Shown one piece after another: positions 21,826 to 40,869 of a DNA stretch of 64,000 nt. Each line of letters begins with the position of its first letter. The first letter of the stretch is position 1. The stretch comes from Macrostomum lignano (Eukaryota): the NCBI GenBank assembly GCA_002269645.1, contig NIVC01000546.1, positions 124,001 through 188,000 on the forward strand, read 5' to 3'. The translations under genes were made by a program, and so were the position numbers. A model generated the notes under the pieces. The model was given only the letters and a program-made list of their open reading frames with translations, was not told the DNA's origin and ran no database searches.

Positions 21826-22415
21826 CTAAAATTTCAATCTAAGCACCACAATGTCAGTATAAGCACCACAATGTCAGTCTAAGCACCACAATGTCAGTCT
21901 ATGCACCACAATGTCAGTCTATGCACCACAATGTCAATATCTAAGCACCACAATGTCAGTATCTAAGCACCACAATGTCAGTATCTAAGCACCACAATGT
22001 CAGTATCTAAGCACCACAATGTCAGTATCTAAGCACCACAATGTCAGTATCTAAGCACCACAATGTCAGTCTATGCACCACAATGTCAGTCTATGCACCA
22101 CAATGTCAATATCTAAGCACCACAATGTCAGTATCTATGCACCACAATGTCAGTATCTAAGCACCACAATGTCAGTATCTAAGCACCACAATGTCAGTAT
22201 CTAAGCACCACAATGTCAGTCTATGCACCACAATGTCAGTATCTAAGCACCACAATGTCAGTCTATGCACCACAATGTCAGTATCTAAGCACCACAATGT
22301 CAGTATCTAAGCACCACAATGTCAGTCTATGCACCACAATGTCAGTATCTAAGCACCACAATGTCAGTCTATGCACCACAATGTCAGTATCTAAGCACCA
22401 CAATGTCAGTCTAAG
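21826..22415. repeat. Minisatellite, 20/22 bp unit ctaagcaccacaatgtcagtat
   Basis: Direct tandem repetition. Confidence 0.95.
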
Positions 22416-23129
22416 CTACCAAAACTACGCTATAGCTCCAACTGTAGCTGTACACTATACTCAGTGTGTGTATCACGGTTTACAAGTAGATACGAGTAGA
22501 TGGAATAAAACAGTGGCGCCAATTCAATCAGCAGTTTTAGGAGAGTAAAGAAATAGGGGGGGGGGTGACTATGCTGCAGTGATGTGGCAAAACTGGGGAA
22601 GCTGGGAGCTCATGTAAAACCAAGGAGACCAGTTACGGATGTCTGGAGAAGCTACGAGGCCAGCGCTGCATGCTAAAGAAACAGATTAATTCTGTGCATG
22701 AATTGTTTTTGAGCTGTAAAATCAAAATCAGACCAAGTTTACACAAGTGATTCAGCAGAACTTTAGTTGTTATTCTGTAAACTGAGGAACTGCGCGCTGT
22801 CCTTAGAGTTGGCACTCCAGACCTCGGCTCTGGGCCTCCTCGGCGGAGGCTGCATAAAATTCGGCCATTATTGATCGAGGCTCGACTGACGCCTTGCCGG
22901 AGGGTTGGAATTGGATTCTGCGGAACTCAGCACGCAGCCTCCCTCCTGCTTCTGGCGTGTTAATGTTGTGTGCACTGCTATGGAGCTGCTTGGCTGTGGG
23001 CTGCTTATGCCTGAGAATTTTCTTCATTACTAAAGGGTCATTGTTAACCCTAAGATGGGTTGATTTAAATTAGAGACTATTTTCCAGACAAACTACTCTT
23101 ATAGTCTTATTAGATCATTCTCAAAGAAC

Positions 23130-23450
23130 GATTCTCAGGGGGGCGATTCTCAAAGGGCGATTCTCAAAGGCGATTCTCAAAGGCGATTCTCACAGGGCGG
23201 TTCTCAGAGGGCGATTCTCAAAAGGACAATTCTAAAAGGGCGATTCTCAAAGGGCGATTCTCAAAGGGCGGTTCTCAGAGGGCGATTCTCAAAAGGACAA
23301 TTCTAAAAGGGCGATTCTCAAAGGGCGATTCTTAGCGGCGATTCTCAGGGGGCGATAATAAACGGGCGATTCTTAAAGAACGATTCTCTCGGGGCGATTC
23401 TCAAAGGATGATTCTCAGAGAACGATTCTCGGGGGGGGGGGCGATTTTCC
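23130..23450. repeat. Degenerate 13-15 bp repeat gggcgattctcaaa
   Basis: Direct imperfect repetition. Confidence 0.85.
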
Positions 23451-23980
23451 GATTTGTATTTAACGAACGAAGTTTATTCGTTAAATACAAATTTTCCCAT
23501 GAGAATTGTTCAATTAAACTAAGCATTTCGAAATTAAAGCACTGGGGAAATCACCATGGCAACCGCATGCTGAACTGCTTTCAAGTGAGTTGGTTGAGCA
23601 CACAACTGGTTCTAATGGGAACCATTTATAACAAATATATGGAGCCCAATAATTGTGAAGTGTTTACAATGAGGAGAGCCTGAAACATTGGCCAGATTTC
23701 CATCCGCAGTGTCAACACGGCAGGTTTTGTAGCAAAAAAGCAGCAATGCCAATACAGACTGGCATATTGCGACTGTTTGACTGACTTCTCTTCACTGGAG
23801 GCAAACAGCCAGCCGGTCTGGAGGGTGCCGGCGGGGAGGTCACGTGACCCTCTTGAACGAATGAAAATACGCGCTCTCTCTGCAGAGTAACGAGCCACAA
23901 CGAAATTAAGCTTGACTCTGTTAAAAGCAAGATATTTCGTTTGAGTCTTTGAAATTAGGAAACCAACAAGCAGCTGTGAG

Positions 23981-24300
23981 CATGGAGAGATGTAGGGCGA
24001 GCGTGGAGAGATGTAGGGCGAGCATGGAGAGATGTAGGGCGAGCGTGGAGAGATGTAGGGCGAGCGTGGAGAGATGTAGGGCGAGCATGGAGAGATGTAG
24101 GGCGAGCGTGGAGAGATGTAGGGCGAGCGTGGAGAGATGTAGGGCGAGCATGGAGAGATGTAGTAAGGCGAGCGTGGAGAGATGTAGGGCGAGTGTGGAG
24201 AGATGTAGGGCGAGCGTGGAGAGATGTAGGGCGAGCGTGGAGAGATGTAGGGCGAGCGTGGAGAGATGTAGGGCGAGCGTGGAGAGATGTAGGGCGAGTG
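23981..24300. repeat. Minisatellite, 21 bp unit gagcgtggagagatgtagggc
   Basis: Direct tandem repetition. Confidence 0.95.
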
Positions 24301-24357
24301 GCATGAAAGCAAAACTATTGCAGGAGAGACGAGCAGAGAAGAGGAAAAGAGCTTCCA

Positions 24358-24578
24358 ATGAGAAGAGCGGAGAAGAGCGGAGAAGAGCGGAGAAGAGCGG
24401 AGATAAGCGGAGAAGAGCGGAGATAAGCGGAGAAGAGCAGATAAGAGCGGAGAAGAGCGGAGAAGAGCGGAGAAGAGCGGAGATAAGCGGAGAAGAGCGG
24501 AGATAAGCGGAGAAGAGCGGAGATTAGCGGAGAAGAGCGGAGAAGAGCGGAGAAGAGCGGAGAAGAGCGGAGAAGAAG
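24358..24578. repeat. 10 bp repeat agaagagcgg/agataagcgg
   Basis: Direct tandem repetition. Confidence 0.95.
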
Positions 24579-25616
24579 AGTGGATATTGCAAGGACAAAA
24601 CAAAGAGGAGTCGCTGTCTCCCATGCGGCGGCAGGCACACTGCGGAGCGAAAGCTCACTGGCTGGGCCACTCTCAGAGGTGCAAGCATGCAGAACCCAAC
24701 CCGTCTACATGACCAGATGGCCTCAAGGGCCAGTGCAGTTATTGATCCAGAGTTGTATCGCGAGAGCAAGTTCAAGATCTGTCTGTCTGTCTGCTCAAGT
24801 TCGCGCAAGAGAAAGGTCACACAAACCGCACAGTTGACGGCTCATCTTAGATAGGGACACAATATATATTGGCCAGTCATTAACACCTGGCCAGGTAGAT
24901 GGCATAGGGCATTGAATGGGATCTATTCATTACTATACATATGCTCGAAGGACAGACAGATGCACAAGTGCCGGGAGATCCCCGGCCACTTCAAACAAAT
25001 TGGAACCCTATAGAGACGTTGGTTCCGGCGGCTGTGCCTTGGGGGGGGGAGCGAAGCAAAACTCGATGTTTCGGAATTTGAAAAAAGTTTCAAAGTGTCT
25101 GCATTAGCTTACCTGAGTTAGTTATTAATTTATTGAAAATTTCTAGTTTAATCACTCCTGTAATAGAATTTATCCCCAAGCCCTTCGAGTTATTAGGCTA
25201 TAAATCCTTATTGGCGCCGCGTGTCAATAAATGATTTGCAGATGTTTGAATATTAATTTCTGTCCCAGTCTCCAGTGCACACAATCTATCTATATAGAGC
25301 TATGAGCCCTTGGGGCGGTTTTCTAACAACCATTTTATATATCGAACCAGTTGGAGACTGCAAGCAGACGCTACTTAAGTATGCGAGGCGGACTGCATTG
25401 AGCAGATATGAGATGAACGAACAAACTCAAGAATAAGCATTTCCGCAAACACCCGTTCTCTAATCCCATCCGATCTGAACCATACATTGAACTGTGTTTG
25501 CGTCAGTGTTCGATTTTCAACGGTCATTGAGCAGAGCTGACAAATATTTGGCCAGCCGGGTTGCGAACTTGCGCAACCAATTCATGTAATTATAGGCACT
25601 TGATTGCTCTAGCCTG

Positions 25617-26032
25617 ACCTCTCCTCTCCTCTCCTCTCCTCTCCTCTCCTCTCCTCTCCTCTCCTCTCCTCTCGTCTCCTCTCCTCTCCTCTCCTCTCCT
25701 CTCCTCTCCTCTCCTCTCCTCTCCTCTCCTCTCCTCTCCTCTCCTCTCCTCTCGTCTCCTCTCGTCTCCTCTCCTCTCCTCTCCTCTCCTCTCGTCTCCT
25801 CTCCTCTCCTCTCCTCTCCTCTCCTCTCCTCTCCTCTCCTCTCCTCTCGTCTCCTCTCCTCTCCTCTCCTCTCCTCTCCTCTCCTCCTCTCCTCTCCTCT
25901 CCTCTCCTCTCCTCTCCTCTCCTCTCCTCTCCTCTCCTCTCGTCTCCTCTCCTCTCCTCTCCTCTCCTCTCCTCTCCTCTCCTCTCCTCTCCTCTCCTCT
26001 CCTCTCCTCTCCTCTCCTCTCCTCTCCTTTCC
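25617..26032. repeat. (CTCTC)n pentanucleotide microsatellite
   Basis: Direct repetition with occasional CTCGT variants. Confidence 0.97.
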
Positions 26033-26689
26033 TCTCGTCTCGTCTCCAATCTTATCTTATCCTCTCCTCTCTTACCTCTCTTCTCCTCCTTCACTTTCCC
26101 TCTCCTCTCTTCTCCCATCTCTCTTTTCTTGATCTATTTAACTCTTCGCTCTCCACTCCCGTCTCAGTACATGCATCTTTATTATCTGCGTGTCCTATAG
26201 ACATTCTTTCCTACAGCATATTTCTTAGAGAGAGCCTTTCTTTACCTATTTTACCTATAAATGGCCCCATTTATTGTTAACCTATCCGATACTGATCTTC
26301 TATATATGCGAGCAACATGTGGTGAGTTGAAGCATTTGCAAGGCCTCGTATGCTCGTAGATTCCACGTTTTTTTATCTGATTAGCTGGTTAGCTATTAGC
26401 CATTCTATACACTGCAGTAGCAATAGCAATAATATCCATATTTAAAATAGAATTCACCCTCGGACATGTCTTTGGCTCGGAGCGTCTATAATTGTGCCTC
26501 TGCGACTGTATGTTCCTCAATTGCTTTGACCCGCCCCCCCAGAAGGCAGATAGATGCCATTCATTTATCTATCCTAACTGATTGTTCTGCTTGGTTATCT
26601 AGATATGATAACCCTTACTGTCTTGCCGGCGCCAATGTCTAACTCTATCTTGTATCCAGGAGTATATCTAAATGACGAAAATATCTATC

Positions 26690-28585
26690 TGAATGATGCC
26701 CAATATCTATATCTGAATGACGCCAATATCTATATCTGAATGATGCCCAATATCTATATCTGAATGATGCCCAATATCTATATCTGAATGACGCCAATAT
26801 CCATATCTGAATGATGCCCAATATCTACATCTGAATGATGCCCAATATCTATATCTGAATGACGCCAATATCTACATCTGAATGACGCCAATATCTATAT
26901 CTGAATGACGCCAATATCTATACCCGAATGACGCCAATATCTATATCTGAATGATGCCCAATATCTATATCTGAATGATTCCCAATATCTATACCCGAAT
27001 GACACCAATATCTACATCTGAATGACGCCAATATCTGTATCTGAATGATGCCCAATCTATATCTGAATGACGCCTAATATCTATCTCCGAATGACGCCAA
27101 TATCTATATCTGAATGACGCCAATATCTATATCTGAATGACGCCAATATCTGTATCTGAATGATGCCCAATCTATATCTGAATGACGCCTAATATCTATC
27201 TCCGAATGACGCCAATATCTATATCTGAATGACGCCAATATCTATATCTGAATGATTCCCCATATCTATATCTGAATGATTCCCAATATCTATACCCGAA
27301 TGACGCCAATATCTACATCTGAATGACGCCAATATCTATATCTGAATGATTCCCAATATCTATACCCGAATGACGCCAATATCTACATCTGAATGACGCC
27401 AATATGTATATCTGAATGACGCCAATATCTATATCTGAATGATTCCCAATATCTATATCTGAATGATTCCCAATATCTATATCCGAATGACGCCAATATC
27501 TACATCTGAATGACGCCAATATGTATATCTGAATGACGCCAATATGTATATCTGAATGACGCCAATATCTATATCTGAATGACGCCAATATCTATATCTG
27601 AATGACGCCAATATCTATATCTGAATGACGCCAAATATCTACATCTGAATGACGCCAATATGTATATCTGAGTGACGCCAATATGTATATCTGAATGACG
27701 CCAATATCTATATCTGAATGACGCCAATATCTATACCCGAATGACGCCAATATCTATATCTGAATGATTCCCAATATCTATATCTGAATGATTCCCAATA
27801 TCTATATCTGAATGATTCCCAATATCTATATCCGAATGACGCCAATATCTACATCTGAATGACGCCAATATCTACATCTGAATGACGCCAATATCTACAT
27901 CTGAATGACGCCAATATCTACATCTGAATGATTCCTAATATCTATATCTGAGTGACGCCAATATCTATATCTGAATGACGCCAATATCTATATCTGAATG
28001 ATTCCCAATATCTATATCTGAATGATTCCCAATATCTATATCTGAATGATTCCCAATATCTATATCCGAATGACGCCAATATCTACATCTGAATGACGCC
28101 AATATCTACATCTGAATGACGCCAATATCTACATCTGAATGACGCCAATATCTACATCTGAATGATTCCTAATATCTATATCTGAGTGACGCCAATATCT
28201 ATATCTGAATGACGCCAAATATCTACATCTGAATGACGCCAATATGTATATCTGAGTGACGCCAATATCTATATCTGAGTGACGCCAATATCTATACCCG
28301 AATGACGCCAATATCTATATCTGAATGATTCCCAATACTATATCTGAATGATTCCCAATATCTATACCCGAATGACGCCAATATCTATATCCGAATGACG
28401 CCAATATCTACATCTGAATGACGCCAATATCTACATCTGAATGACGCCAATATCTATATCTGAGTGACGCCAATATCTATATCTGAGTGACGCCAATGTC
28501 TATATTTAAATGACGCTAATGTCTATATTTAAATGACGCCAATGTCTATATCTGAGTGACGCCCATATCTATATCTGAATGACGC
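26690..28585. repeat. Large minisatellite, 23-24 bp unit aatatctatatctgaatgacgcc, ending about 310 bp upstream of the NK2.1 ATG
   Basis: Direct tandem repetition over about 1.9 kb. Confidence 0.96.
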
Positions 28586-28689
28586 CAAAATCCATCTCTC
28601 ATACTCAGGTGGGGCGCCAGTTGAATCAGAAGAGCTCTGAGCACAATGCAGATAAAGACGCGATTCCCTCCCTCTATTCTATTTCTCTG

Positions 28690-28894
28690 ATCACCGCCCC
28701 TCATTGGCTGCGACCCGAGCCACTAGGGAGGCCTTCACTGGTCTGGCGGCTGGAGGGGGGTGGGCGGGCGTCCCCTTCTCTACTCCACCCCGACACCCTT
28801 GAAGTGGCAGCAATCAGTGAGTCCAGTTCGCAGGTCTATGCTCAGAGAAATTTATAATACAGTCCTGGTCCGCTATTCGCAATAAACCAGTTGG
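28690..28894 (+). promoter_or_regulatory. Candidate proximal promoter/5' leader of the NK2.1 gene
   Basis: ATTGG (reverse CCAAT) at 28703-28707 and GGGCGG at about 28762 in unique sequence just upstream of the ATG; motif-only evidence. Confidence 0.3.
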
Positions 28895-33515
<4,621 letters not shown>

Positions 33516-33679
33516 TGAAGACTCGACGACTGCGCAAGTGAAGGCGTTGGTTGGTTTCCATGGTTACAAAGCGACAAGTTTTTCGATGTATTCAAAATGA
33601 TCTCCTTGAGCAATTATCTCCGATATGTGTCTTAAATCCGCGCTCGCTTGTGTGCAATCAGCATCAAAAAAATATAAAC

Positions 33680-34800
33680 AGACTTTCCCTAGATCCTTGA
33701 TAGACATTCCCTTTAGATCCTTGATAGACATTCCCTCTAGATCCTTGATAGACATTCCCCCTAGATCCATGATAGACATTCCCTTTAGATCCTTGATAGA
33801 CATTCCCCCTAGATCCATGATAGACATTCCCTTTAGATCCTTGATAGACATTCCCTCTAGATCCTTGATAGACATTCCCTCTAGATTCTAAATAGGCATT
33901 CCCTCTAGATCCTTGATAGACATTCCCTCTAGATCATAAATAGACATTCCCTCTAGATTCTAAATAGGCATTCCCTCTAGATCCTTGATAGACATTCCCT
34001 CTAGATCATAAATAGACATTCCCTCTAGATTCTAAATAGGCATTCCCTCTAGATCCTTGATAGACATTCCCTCTAGATCCTTGATAGACATTCCCTCTAG
34101 ATCCTACATAGACATTCCCTCTAGATTCTTGATAGACATGCTCTCTAGATCATAAATAGACATTCCCTCTAGAACACAGATAGGTATTCCCTCTAGATCC
34201 CAGATAGATATTCCCCATAGATCCTAAATAGACATTCCCTCTAGATCCCAGATAGATATTCCCTCTAGATCCTAGATAGACATTCCCCCTAGATCATAAA
34301 TAGACATTCCCTCTAGATTCTAAATAGGCATTCCCTCTAGATCCTTGATAGACATTCCCTCTAGATCCTTGATAGACATTCCCTCTAGATCCTACATAGA
34401 CATTCCCTCTAGATCCCAGATAGATATTCCCTATAGATCCTAAATAGACATTCTCTCTAGATCCCAGATAGATATTCCCTCTAGATCCTTGATAGACATT
34501 CCCTCTAGATCCTTAATAGACATTTCCTCTAGATCCCAGATAGATATTCCCTCTAGATCCTAGATAGACATTCCCTCTAGATCCTAAATAGACATTCCCT
34601 CTAGATCCCAGATAGATATTCCCTCTAGATCCTAGATAGACATTCCCTCTAGATCCTAAATAGACATTCCCTCTAGATCCCAGATAGATATTCCCTATAG
34701 ATCCTAAATAGACATTCCCTCTAGATCCCAGATAGATATTCCCTCTAGATCCTAGATAGACATTCCCTCTAGATCCTTAATAGACATTTCCTCTAAATCC
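33680..34800. repeat. Minisatellite, 24 bp unit gatagacattccctctagatcctt
   Basis: Direct tandem repetition with recurring multi-unit blocks. Confidence 0.95.
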
Positions 34801-36180
34801 TTTAGATCTCAGTTGAGGTCCTTCGCTTTAAATGGAAGCACAATGTTTAAATCCCCAAGCCTAATACTGCCTGTACAGTGAAATGTTTGCCTTCAGTTTC
34901 AAATTAAAATGTACTTTCTTAGAAACCTGCAGCTGCACGTGGTCGAATGCTGTCACATTTTTATTGCAATATTATAGATACCTTTTACAGTAATTTTAGA
35001 CACATTCTGCGTACATAATTGCAAAGTTACCGCATAGCAAAGCCCTTTACAATAGCATATTTTGCGCACTTTTTGACTCTCTGAATGAAGCAAGCAGCTT
35101 AAACCCTTTGAGCACTGCTCTGTCTTACTCAACAAGCTCCCTCTACAGTATAAACAGTGTGCCTACTGTCATTAAAATTATAGTATAAATATATATAACC
35201 CCTTTTTTCACACTCATTTCGTCAATTCGTCTGTCATTTTGCGAGCTGTCACATATTAAGGCTCACTTGAGAAAAGAAGGGCACAGCGCCAGTAACTTTT
35301 ACTGCTTGCTTTTTCTTATTGCCTGACTAGAGCCACTCCTGGCCCCACTTCTGCTGACTGCATAAGTGGCTTTGGCAGCTCAGCCTTCCTTAAGCCGCCA
35401 CCTTAGAGACAGATCCCTATACTCACTTGGGCAACTTGGCAACACTGTCAGATTCGCGGCGGTGAAAAACAGTGACTGGGGGGGGGGGTTGCAACCCCCC
35501 ACCGTGCTCAGCGAGCAACTCCGGGGTCCCATTGTGGACTAAGGAAAGAATGGGAAGAGAAGTATATTATAAAAAGAGATTCCTGGACCCTCACTAAAGC
35601 ATGCATACAAAAAATCTGCCTCGACAACGCGCGATCCCTCAAGGACCCTCTCTACACCTGGCCGCGGACCCGGGCGCACCGATGGCGCACCCACTCCAGA
35701 TTGGAGTGGCCCCGCCCGCATTCTAGGCGAGCGCCAGAGCGCCGGAGAGAGCCGACTGACTCACGCGCCGGAGTCGCAACGTCTGCCGGCTTCGCTCCGC
35801 GTCTCCGCGGGTCTATTTTTAGCTTCTCGTTTTGGAACGCGGCAGCGAGAGGAGGGGAGAAGAGGAAGAGAAGGTGTGAAAATGGTGAATTAAAGCCGCG
35901 CCACCCCCCTCCTCCCAAAGTTTAATCGGTGAATGAATAGCTGGAAACTTTGAGAGCCAAATATTGAGGAAGTCTCGGCCATCAGGCCAGGTGCGGCTCC
36001 TTCATACAGTCCAGCTTCCTTTTATTAATTGGCATCCTGCATCCTGCATCCGCATAGCTGAGTGGCTGGTTCTTTGACACCTTGAGCGCACAGGCCTGCA
36101 GTTAAATGCAATTTGTTCCCCAATATGCTGCGATGATCTCTGCTCTCTTATAGATCTTGCTCAGCATTGTCACCTTGCTC

Positions 36181-36905
36181 ACATATCTACCTCTCTATTT
36201 CCATCTCACTGAGATATCTACCGCATATCTACCTCTCTATTTCCATCTCACTGAGATACCGCATATCTACCTCTCTATTTCCATCTCACTGAGATCTCTA
36301 CCGCATATCTACCTCTCTATTTCCATCTCACTGAGATACCGCATATCTACCTCTCTATTTCCATCTCACTGAGATCTCTACCGCATATCTACCTCTCTAT
36401 TTCCATCTCACTGAGATCTCTACCGCATATCTACCTCTCTATTTCCATCTCACTGGTATACCGCATATCTACCTCTCTATTTCTATCTATTTGAGATCTC
36501 TACCGCATATCTACCTCTCTATTTCCATTTCACTGAGATCTCTACCGCATATCTACCTCTCTATTTCTATCTCACTGAGATCTCTACCGCATATCTACCT
36601 CTCTATTTCTATCTCACTGAGATCTCTACCGCATATCTACCTCTCTATTTCCATCTCACTGGTATACCGCATATCTACCTCTCTATTTCTATCTATTTGA
36701 GATCTCTACCGCATATCTACCTCTCTATTTCCATTTCACTGAGATCTCTACCGCATATCTACCTCTCTATTTCTATCTCACTGAGATCTCTACCGCATAT
36801 CTACCTCTCTATTTCTATCTCACTGAGATCTCTACCGCATATCTACCTCTCTATTTCTATCTCACTGAGATCTCTACCGCATATCTACCTCTCTATTTCT
36901 ATCTC
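36181..36905. repeat. Minisatellite, 42 bp (38 bp variant) unit ctaccgcatatctacctctctatttccatctcactgagatct
   Basis: Direct tandem repetition. Confidence 0.95.
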
Positions 36906-37309
36906 TGTTCCCTATCCAAAACGCTGTGACGCTCCGATCTGCAGGGGTATCAAAAATTCATATTTTTAACGTTTTGCTTTTACTTTATTTTCAGTTGCAG
37001 AAACAAACTTGTCGGTCGCAGCCACAGCCCTGGCATTTTTAATGGATTGAAAAATGAGCTTAGCTGGATTAGAAACCAGAATCAATCTCAGAGTTTGAGT
37101 GACAGAACAACCAGCCCTGATCAGCCCAGCTGCGGTCCAATGATCTGCCACGGATTTGCTTTGATTGACGTGCTGCAAACGATTGGCTTGCTTTTGCTGC
37201 GCGCAGAAATATTTCAGTCTTTGTTTCAGTGGAAATCTTTGTCTAAACTCTTGCGGGACTGCAGAATTTAGACAAAGAAGACACCCAGAAGGCTTCAGAA
37301 GGATGCCAA

Positions 37310-38320
37310 ACTCCCAGGAGGCGCGATGAGACACCCTGGAGAGGCGCCAGTCTCCCAGGAGACGCCAGGCTCCCAGGAGGCTCCGGACCCTCCCAGGAGA
37401 CACCATGAGACTCCCAGGAGACACCATGAGACTCCCAGGAGACACCATGAGACTCCCAGGAGACACCATGAGACTCCCAGGAGACACCATGAGACTCCCA
37501 GGAGACACCATGAGACTCCCAGGAGACACCATGAGACTCCCAGGAGACACCATGAGACTCCCAGGAGACACCATGAGACTCCCAGGAGACACCATGAGAC
37601 TCCCAGGAGACACCATGAGACTCCCAGGAGACACCATGAGACTCCCAGGAGACACCATGAGACTCCCAGGAGACACCATGAGACTCCCAGGAGACACCAT
37701 GAGACTCCCAGGAGACACCATGAGACTCCCATGAGGCGCCAGACTCCCAGGAGGCGCCAGACTCCCAGGAGGCGCCAGACTCCCAGGAGGCGCCAGACTC
37801 CCAGGAGGCGCCAGACTCCCAGGAGGCGCCAGACTCCCAGGAGGCGCCAGACTCCCAGGAGGCGCCAGACTCCCAGGAGGCGCCAGACTCCCAGGAGGCG
37901 CCAGACTCCCAGGAGGCGCCAGACTCCCAGGAGGCGCCAGACTCCCAGGAGGCGCCAGACTCCCAGGAGGCGCCAGACTCCCAGGAGGCGCCAGACTCCC
38001 AGGAGGCGCCAGACTCCCAGGAGGCGCCAGACTCCCAGGAGGCGCCAGACTCCCAAGAGGCGCCAGACTCCCAGGAGGTGCCAGACTCCCAGGAGGCGCC
38101 AGACTCCCAGGAGGTGCCAGACTCCCAGGAGGCGCCAGACTCCCAGGAGGCGCCAGACTCCCAGGAGGCGCCAGACTCCCAGGAGGCGCCAGACTCCCAG
38201 GAGGCGCCAGACTCCCAGGAGGTTCCGGACTCTCCCAGAAGAAGCCAGGAGACTCCCAGGAGGTTCCGGACTCTCCCAGAAGAAGCCAGGAGACTCCCAG
38301 GAGGCGCCAGGCTCCCAGGA
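37310..38320. repeat. Compound minisatellite: 21 bp gagactcccaggagacaccat then 18 bp gactcccaggaggcgcca
   Basis: Two abutting homogeneous arrays sharing the gactcccagga core. Confidence 0.96.
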
Positions 38321-38899
38321 GGCGGGCCAGTGCCCAGCAAAAACAATTTGCATAATATACCAGCAGCCAGTTATAGAAAGACAAAAAGCAACGATTTTTT
38401 CTCACCCGCAAACCATGGGGAGAGAATCGCCAGCAGTTGTGGGAAGAATGTCATTAAACTGGAGGCGGCAAATCCCCCTTCAAGCTACGCCTGAAGCTGC
38501 TGCAGTCTGCAGTTCCCAAGTCACAAGCGAGCGGTTGGCAACGGGGGCTTGGCTGGCTGACTGGCCAAGCTGGGCGCTCTGGAGTGGCGCTCCTTGCGGC
38601 TCATGAATAAAAATGAATTTCGCTAGCGAGACAACCACCACCCCACACCCCGCACCAGCTCACCTGCAAAAGCTGACCTGGGAGCCGCCACTCCACCTGC
38701 CAGGGGGGGTTGGGCTGCCACTTGGAGGGCCTCTTCAGAGTTCCTACTCTGCGCTTGCAAATTTTCACACCTTTACTTTTTTTGGCTTTCACTAACAATT
38801 CACTTCTGTTAGTGCTGCTGGGTTTGCGGCTGTGAAAAAGATTGTCTGCTCTGTTGCGGTAATGGAAACTATTAGGAGACTTGATTTGAATGAGAGACA

Positions 38900-39235
38900 C
38901 AGGGGGTGAGAGGGAGACAGAGAGTGGGAGAAAACCAGAGAGAGTGAGAGGGAGCCAGAGAGGGCGAGAGGAGACAGAGTATTGAGCGGGAGCAGGGAGA
39001 GTGAGAGTGAGAGGAAGCCAAGGAGTGAGAGGAAGACAAAGAGAGCGAGAGGGAGCCAGGGAGAATGGGAGGGAGACAAAGAGAGATAGAGGAAGTCAGG
39101 AATAATGAGAGGGAGCCAGAGAGAGCGAGAGGGAGCCAGGGAGAATAGGAGGGAGACAGAGAGGGCGAGAGGAGACAGTATGTGAGCGGGAGCAGGGAGA
39201 GTGAGAGGGAGACAAAGAGAGTGAGAGCTGGATAT
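38900..39235. repeat. GA-rich low-complexity tract with an internal duplication
   Basis: The ggcgagaggagacag...tgagcgggagcagggagagtgagag segment occurs twice. Confidence 0.8.
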
Positions 39236-39751
39236 TGAGGATGGAGAGGGGTGCACAGTAGCCAAGGTTCAGGACCGAAGCTGCAGGACAGGCTCCAGTT
39301 CTGTGGAACCCCTGCTGCAGGAGTCAGCAGCAGTTGAAAGCCAGATTTGATGGTACAAGCAATCAGTAATTAGCACACAATGATAATGGACTAATCTAAT
39401 TGATGTTGATTGACAGGTTATCAAGCTCTGATTAGGCTTCAATAGAAACAAGAGGTTGGACAAGTCGGGCTGATTGAGTCTTACACAAAATAGCTGTTAA
39501 TGCCCGCGCATCCGGGAATGCAAGATGCCCACCATGGCGCGGAGGCAGAAGAAACACAATGACTGGCTAATCCAATCATGCTAAAATGCTGCTTCAGCGG
39601 CCCCCGAAACTGCCTGGAGCCAACACTATAAGGGCATTGTCAGTGGAGTTGCCCTGATATTCATTCTGGTATTTAAATAGAGATCTGTCAGATTTAGGGG
39701 AGCAGGGAGAAGGGGGATACACGGTGTGGGGGTGGAAAAGATACTCGTAGA

Positions 39752-40205
39752 ATGGGAGAGATGGACAAAGATAGAATGGGAGAGATGGACAAAGATGGAA
39801 TGGGAGAGATGGACAAAGATGGAATGGGAGAGATGGACAAAGATGGAATGGGAGATTGACAAAGATAGAATGGGAGACTGACAAAGATAGAATGGGAGAG
39901 ATGGACAAAGATAGAATGGGAGAGATGGACACAAAGATAGAATGGGAGAGATGGACACAAAGATAGAATGGGAGAGATGGACAAAGATAGAATGGGAGAG
40001 ATGGACACAAAGATAGAATGGGAGAGATGGACAAAGATAGAATGGGAGAGATGGACACAAAGATAGAATGGGAGAGATGGACACAAAGATAGAATGGGAG
40101 AGATGGACAAAGATAGAATGGGAGAGATGGACACAAAGATAGAATGGGAGAGATGGACACAAAGATAGAATGGGAGAGATGGACACAAAGATAGAATGGG
40201 AGATG
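39752..40205. repeat. Minisatellite, 24/26 bp unit atagaatgggagagatggac(ac)aaag
   Basis: Direct tandem repetition. Confidence 0.95.
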
Positions 40206-40869
40206 CACAAATATCGGAGAGACGGACAAATAAAGACTGGGAGAAGCAGGCAAATTTATAAATCCCCGCTGGCAACCAGTCTCAATAATGCACAGCATCA
40301 GCTCATCAGGAATCGATTTATTCATATTTCTACGATACGGACAAATATTGAGTCTCCCTTGCAGTTCATCGCATCTTTATACTCAATTTTGAGCACTCGA
40401 TTCAGGCGCATGTATGTACGGTTTTCGCCCCATGAAGATTCTCCTCGACACAATTCTCGTCTATTCGAGTTGGTTCTGCAGGGCCCACAGGCCGGGTGGT
40501 CACTGGTGCATTATATAAAATTGAGGGCCTGTGTGGCGCAGTGAGTAATACTGCAGGCCTGAGCTGGGGAATATGAGCCGGGAATGGGGGGAGGCCAAGT
40601 GGAGCGACGGGGCTGTTGAGAAGATCAAGAGTTATTGGGCTGCCGGATCTCCCCCTGTCTCTCAAACAAAGTTCGGCTGAGCTGATTGAGTCGGCCCTGC
40701 GCGCTCCGTGCTCAAGAGTGCTCAGATAGGGGGGGGGGATACCCAGCCGCCAGCTCAATAATGAGAGATTCTCTAGCCTACAGGACCCAGACTCAGCAGG
40801 CTTCGTTCGTGCTTTATTTAATGCCTCTTAAATTAAAGAAGATATACATGTACAAGCGCAGTGATTGAA

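Noticed and set aside
21304-23027. Short unique-looking ORFs (21304-21513 +, 22803-23027 -)
   Set aside because: No recognisable domain and no convincing multi-exon structure.
35436-35500. ttggcaacactg (hAT-Tip100-like end) and the palindrome GGGGGGTTGCAACCCCCC
   Set aside because: No partner TIR or TSD found; cannot be delimited as an element.
36966-38606. Overlapping 350-480 aa ORFs on both strands
   Set aside because: Stop-free 18- and 21-bp repeat units; no unique domain content.
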